From Camelus dromedarius (lineage: Eukaryota), in assembly GCF_036321535.1 (NCBI RefSeq), contig NC_087466.1:10974001-11038000 (forward strand): 64,000 bases of DNA, in the 5' to 3' direction. The notes under the pieces were generated by a model. That model was not told where the DNA came from, made no database searches, and worked only from the letters and a program-made list of their open reading frames with translations. Both the position numbers and the translations under genes were made by a program. Shown piece by piece: positions 58,700 through 64,000 of this stretch. Numbering within the stretch: the first letter of the stretch is position 1; every line of letters starts with the position of its first letter.

Positions 58700-59450
58700 C
58701 GAATCTGAACATCACACTCTTAATTCTGGGGAGGGGGTGGCAATTATTTTTAATTGATGTTTCTTGTTTGGGCCACACAGTGGGGAGCTGTCCAACCAAT
58801 CCAGTTCCCTGTGTCTGCGAGGAAGTTAACCAAGAATATCAAAGGCATTCTCGAATCAGCCATCTATCACGAAACATCTTCCTCCTCCCGGTCCCCCACT
58901 CTGCTTCCATCTCTCCTCTTTCTAAGCAGCAGCCACAGGGGGAAAAAAAAAAAAAGCAAACCATTTACCAACATGATTAGCTGAGGAGGCAAGAGACGAT
59001 GACGCAGATTATTTAAGCCAATTTGTTGCTAAGTCCTTCATAAATGGCTGAATAGCCAGCCTTGTCTCGGAGGACGCGGATGCTGGGGGTGGCTTCTGGT
59101 TTTGCTGTCTGCAAATTCGATTGTGAGGTTATGGTGAGCCCTTCTCCCCTCGCCAACCCCATCTGACAATTAGCTAAGGTTGGCCTTTCCAAAAACATGG
59201 ATCCAGATCTGGTTTCTAGAATGACTGAGTGAGAAGTCTTGGGGCATTTGTTTTACTGTTGTAATATGAAATAGCCTGTATCGGACTGGACTTGACCTAC
59301 AAAAATGGCAATTTAATGGCTCAAATGAATCTGTCCACTGGGATGGTCATCAATGAAATGACTCCTCCCTAAAGATGACAATTAGGAGGAAGAGAAAAGG
59401 CCATTTGTTTGGGGGCTATTGGATGAGTGAGAACAATGTATTTAAGGGGA
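58700..59450. promoter_or_regulatory. Candidate developmental enhancer block
   Basis: No repeat recognised; TGACAATTAG at 59164 and 59376, TTCATAAA 59037, TGATTAG 58974, CAATTA and TAATTG near 58741-58757. Confidence 0.45.
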
Positions 59451-60499
59451 GGGGGCATAAGGAAAGGAGGGGGGCAGACTGAGGGGCTACACAGAGAGGA
59501 AGTGGCCTGGAGAAAGGGACGGATCTTTGCTCATCGGTCATCACATACTAAGCATAGGTCAGGCCCTTTCTGGGCAGAAGTTACATCACCTGCTCAAGCT
59601 GCTAAGTGGTTCTACCCTGGATCTCTCGAACTCCCCAAACCTGCACTTCCTACTGCTCCTGCCCTGCCCAGAAATGCATTTTGATCTGTCACTCACACCT
59701 TACACCGCACATGAGACCAGCTTGGTGTTTTGCCTCTTCAGCTTGACCTTGGTTTCCAGGTAAAGGAATGTCAGGCTTGGTTGAGCTGGAAGGGAAGTAT
59801 TTTTAGGTCCTAAAATCAGATCTGGGAGGCAGATCTACCTCATTTAGGCATGGAGACTTCTTCACAGTGGTTTGAACAGGGGGACTTTTGCCTTGTCCAG
59901 GAGGGGTCTGGAGCCGTTTCTACGCTGAGGCTCCAAGAGGGGCTTGTGAAGTTACCAGTTGCCTGGTGAACATCATTAAGAGGGGATGGAATTCAGAGCA
60001 GACACTTCCTTGGTTGCTGGAGGATGAGATAGGACTTGGATCTATGATCAGGGCTTCAGGAATCCTGGCAAGTTACTAAAACCTGTACTTTGGGTCTGAG
60101 CTAATTAGTTGGCAGAACTCTTGGGTAACGTTGCTCCCTCTAAGAGATGCTTGAGAGACTGGTGGCCCCAACCAGGTCTGATTCTGAGCATCTGGGACTC
60201 CTTTCTCTTCCTCCTTTTCTTCCTTCCTTCCATCCTCCTAAATTATTTCATAAATAATGTATCGACTCACCACATCGGGGAATCAGAACATGAACCCAGG
60301 CAACCTCCCTCCGGCTCTTCTGTTTTAAACTCCAGGCTTGGAGTTGAAATGGAAGTGGGGTGGAAATCGGGGCAAATTCTGTTGTGAGTCGGGCAGCACC
60401 CTTGTCGAGGAGGACGAAAGCTTAGTACCCACCCCCGGGAAAGGCAAGGTGAGGACTGAGTCTGGCCAGGGCAGACCCAGCCGTGTCCCACATGGCATG

Positions 60500-60660
60500 T
60501 GTGACTTTCAGCGAGTCGCTTCAGGTCTGTTTCTGCAAATGCCACTCTGTAAAATGAGAGGAAACTGGGGTTCTCTTTTCACAGAACCATTGCGAGAGTT
60601 AACTGAAATAATCTACATGAGTGTATTTTAGCATCGTGCCTGGCACATAGTAGATGATAA
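60500..60660 (+). mobile_element. MIR SINE
   Basis: CTCTGTAAAATGAGAGG...TTAGCATCGTGCCTGGCACATAGTAGATG. Confidence 0.75.
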
Positions 60661-61729
60661 AAAAAAAATTCACTTCCCATCTCCTTTAATTAATGAATCT
60701 CTATATTTAAAATGGGGTCTGTGGCTTCAGCACAGTAGCAAGTCGTGATGGGGATGTGCCGGCAGAAGAGACAGAGGTGGGAGACCAGATCTCATTCGTG
60801 ATGGGGTGAAGGTGGGCAGCATAAATCTAATTCCTTGGCAAGAGCTGCAATTTGCCAGCCCTTTTAATTATTATTTTTTATAATGGATACAAATTAAAAA
60901 TAAACTGTATGTCTCAGTCACAGCAGGGATTAAAATAGTTCTCTAATTGTTATCTTTGAATCAATCTAGCTTCCATTAGCTCTGCTTCCTGAGGTATAAT
61001 TGAGGTGTGTGTGTGTGTGTGCGTGCGTGAGTGTGTGCGCGGCGCGCAGCGTGTCTCCTTGGCTGATGGGGAAGGCACTTACCTGCATTTGATGTGCCCA
61101 ACTGTCTCTTCCAAAACTCCCATTTCGTTTTTCCTTCCTCTTTGCTAAAAACTTTGGGGAGCAGTAGAGCTGGAGGGGGGGAGTGTTAAACACTATAGCC
61201 CCACCCTCATCCCACCATCCCTAAAATTTTATTTTAAAAAACAACAAACTGTGCTGTACAGAAAGACATTTTTGGTTGGGGTGGGAGCAGTGACCTAAAG
61301 TCGGTACGTTAGAATGGCCAAGCTCAGCTTCTTCCTGAATATGGGCTTCACCCTTCTGTGAACTTCCCAAGGGCAAGGATGCTCGTCTGTCTTGCTCACT
61401 GCTGTATCCCCAGAACCTAGAACAGTGCCTGGTACCCGGTTAGTTCTCATTCAATATTAATTGGTTTAACTCGAGCACGTCCCTAGGAGAACATACGACA
61501 AATGCATAGTGTACAAACACACAGTGCATTCTACATAGATCATGTTGGCTCTCAATAAAACACAGCTCCTACTGTTTTTTTTTATCACAGATCTCCAAGC
61601 TCAGACGGGCCATCCTGAGACGATTTTCTCCCCTTCAATTATATTTTAATGTTCACGGTCTTACTAGCTGCCCTTTATTCAGCCCTTGCTCCATACATGT
61701 GGAGCTTGGCATTACAGCACTGCTAATTC

Positions 61730-61880
61730 TCAGGTGCCCTTACTAGACCTATTTTACAGATAAGGAAAACTGAGGCTCAGAGAGTTGAAGTCACTGGCCC
61801 CAAATCACACAGCTGGTCAGGTAAGGATTGTTGGCCTCATTTTTTCAGGTGAAGAAAATGAGACCCAGAGAGAATTCTTC
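61730..61880 (-). mobile_element. MIR fragments
   Basis: CCTATTTTACAGATAAGGAAAACTGAGGCTCAGAGAGTTGAAGTCACTGGCCC. Confidence 0.88.
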
Positions 61881-62199
61881 TGGCTTGTTTAGAGGCCAGG
61901 GGGTGTCACATGTCACATGCCACATGCCACATGCATGGGGACCTCATGCTAGTGGCCAGTGTACTAGGTGTGAATTCTTACCAAGGCACCTCCCTGCCTT
62001 CCTGTCCTGGGCATCTAATCAGATAGGAATTAAAAAAAAAAAAAAAAAGGACTTTGAATAAAATGAGGGCTTTGAATTTAATAAAGAAAGTTCAGATAAA
62101 GAGACCAGAATAGCTACATGATGCTTTCAGGGAGAAACTCAGCTGAGATCATATAACTAGAAAAGTGTTACGCACCAAGCTTGGGGGAAAAAATAAAGC

Positions 62200-62880
62200 A
62201 TTTGTTCATTTATGCTTTGCACAAATAGTTTTTGAGTGGCTACAGGAAATTCTGGGGCTATGGCAGGGAGCAAAAGATCCAGACTCTGCCTTCAGGAGTT
62301 AATGATCTAGTTGAGGGGGACAGATTTAATAAAATATTCACATGCATATGTAATTATGACTGTGACAAATGTAGCAGGGAAAAGTACAGGGAGTTACAAG
62401 AGGTGGTAACAAAAGGACACAATATCCTGGTGAGGGGTAGAGGGTGTGTGTGTGTGTGTGCACGTGCTCTGGAGGGCTTTGGGAGGTGTTAACTAGTGAC
62501 CAGCCTTCTAGGCAGAGGGCACAGAAAAGCTGGTGTCAATGGAGCTGAGAGGGCAGGGGGACTAATGTATGACTGAGTTTGGAAAAGAAGGCAGAAGCCT
62601 TGGGGCCAGGATGGGATGGCGAGGGGGAGCGGAGGAGAATCTTGAGGACCGGGGATGACTTGGTTGGATCTATGTTTAAAAGACTGATCTGGCTGCTTGG
62701 CGGAGGAGAGAGTCGGCTGGGTGGGTAGAGTGGAGGTGGGGAGACCAGTGAGGAGGCTTCTGCGACAGTCCAGGCAGGTAATGATGGCAGCTTGGTCCAG
62801 GGGGTCCCAATGGAGGTGGGGAGAAGGGGTCAGAGGTAAGCCCATTGGGTGCTGGGTTGAGGGAGAATAAGGGTTAATGT
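62200..62880 (-). mobile_element. L2 3' region
   Basis: CATTTGTTCATTTATGCTTTGCACAAATAGTTTTTGAGTGGCTAC...GGGAGACCAGTGAGGAGGCTTCTGCGACAGTCCAGGCAGGTAATGATGGCAGCTTGG. Confidence 0.85.
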
Positions 62881-62884
62881 TTGA

Positions 62885-63270
62885 AGAGAGTAACTTCATA
62901 AATATGCATAAACAATAAAAGAATCTCACAGACATAACTTTGAGTGAAAAGAGCCAGACTTGAATATATACTGTGTGAATCCACTTATATGAAGTTCAAG
63001 GACAGACCAAACATCCCAACGGGAATACAGATGTCAGAATGGTGGCCATATCATCTGGGGTACCTCTGAGCATAGGGGTATCGACGGGGAAGAGGCACAG
63101 GGGTCTGGTGGGAGCTGAAAGTTTCTGCATCTTGATGGGTGGTGATTGCGTGGGTGTGTATATTGGTCAGAATTCACCGAGATTAAAAAGAGTGTGCTTA
63201 ACTGTGCGTATTACATGATAAATAGAAATAGTGACAAGTGAATAAAAGCAAAGAAAATATAAATAAACGA
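62885..63270 (+). mobile_element. L1ME-type 3' end
   Basis: ACATAACTTTGAGTGAAAAGAGCCAGAC...TACTGTGTGAATCCACTTATATGAAGTTCAAG...CTGCATCTTGATGGGTGGTG. Confidence 0.8.
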
Positions 63271-64000
63271 GACCTACTATTTCTAACAGATAAGCAGAAA
63301 TGAAATGGGAAGAAAAGTAAAAAGTAATTAAAGAAGATCTAGCTTTAATAATGAAAAATATAGCAAAACGCAAGAAACAAAAGATGCTTGAAGATTAAGA
63401 TGCCTCATAAAAGGACGCTCAGGCCAGCTCTTCTGGTATTTTGATGTCTTGAGAATCTATATTGCATTGAGAAATAAGAATCCGTTCCCAGCAGGGGTGC
63501 TAAAACCGACTGACGGAAGTTGAGGGGGAGTTTCACCTAGAACCCCATGTGGAACCCCAGCTTTCATGGACATCATTTCAATTTGGAAAGTTTTCTGTCG
63601 ATACGACATCATAGGTTTGGGAGTGTCTGGTGGCCATCAGGGCTGTTTTCAAACGAGACAGAGTAAGGTAAAGGTTGGTATGTCTGAATGGAAAAAAAAA
63701 AGACTGGAAGGAAATACACCCAAATGCTAACAGCCAGGCGTTCTCTGGGTCGTGTGATTTAGAAAGCATTCTAGAAACTTCCCCCTTTTCCCTGAATTTC
63801 CCCATTTTATATAATGGATATGAATTGGACATGAATTGTGGTAAGAAACAGAATATTTTAAAACCGGGTACCAGTACCAGTATCTTGATAAATTATAAAA
63901 TATACCTCTTTTTTCTCCCCTTTCCCGAAGTCCTCTCTCCTCTCCTCTATTTTATTACCATATAAACTTGTCCTTCTCACAAACTGAGTGGGTCTAAAAT

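Noticed and set aside
1-64000. CRISPR arrays, operons or other prokaryotic systems
   Set aside because: The sequence is clearly mammalian; no regularly spaced repeat-spacer array or dense ORF cluster is present
1-64000. Naming a neighbouring developmental gene
   Set aside because: No exon or UTR sequence could be recognised with confidence, so naming a locus would be a guess

Overview
Mammalian non-coding genomic DNA, most likely from a camelid (camel, llama or alpaca). That assignment is inferred from five copies of a tRNA-Ala(AGC)-derived SINE matching my recollection of the camelid Vic-1 family, plus cetartiodactyl-type L1 3' ends. The window is a GC-rich region dense in ancient repeats (MIR, L2, L1M, MaLR LTRs, hAT/Tigger DNA transposons) and has six N gaps. 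I found no credible protein-coding exon, RNA gene or CRISPR array. The listed ORFs look like chance ORFs in low-complexity sequence, decayed repeats or N runs. Between the repeats lie three CpG-island-like segments (two broken by gaps) and several repeat-free blocks with clustered homeodomain, SOX, TALE, AP-1 and MEF2 motifs. This pattern suggests a regulatory gene desert or large intron near a developmental gene, but I cannot name the gene. The clearest unexplained structure is an old local direct duplication (about 31.5-32.1 kb versus 36.2-36.7 kb) with a core of about 85% identity and a shared (CA)n microsatellite. I see no evidence of a new multi-gene system. Repeat subfamily names come from recalled consensus sequences, boundaries are approximate, and motif calls are hypotheses.
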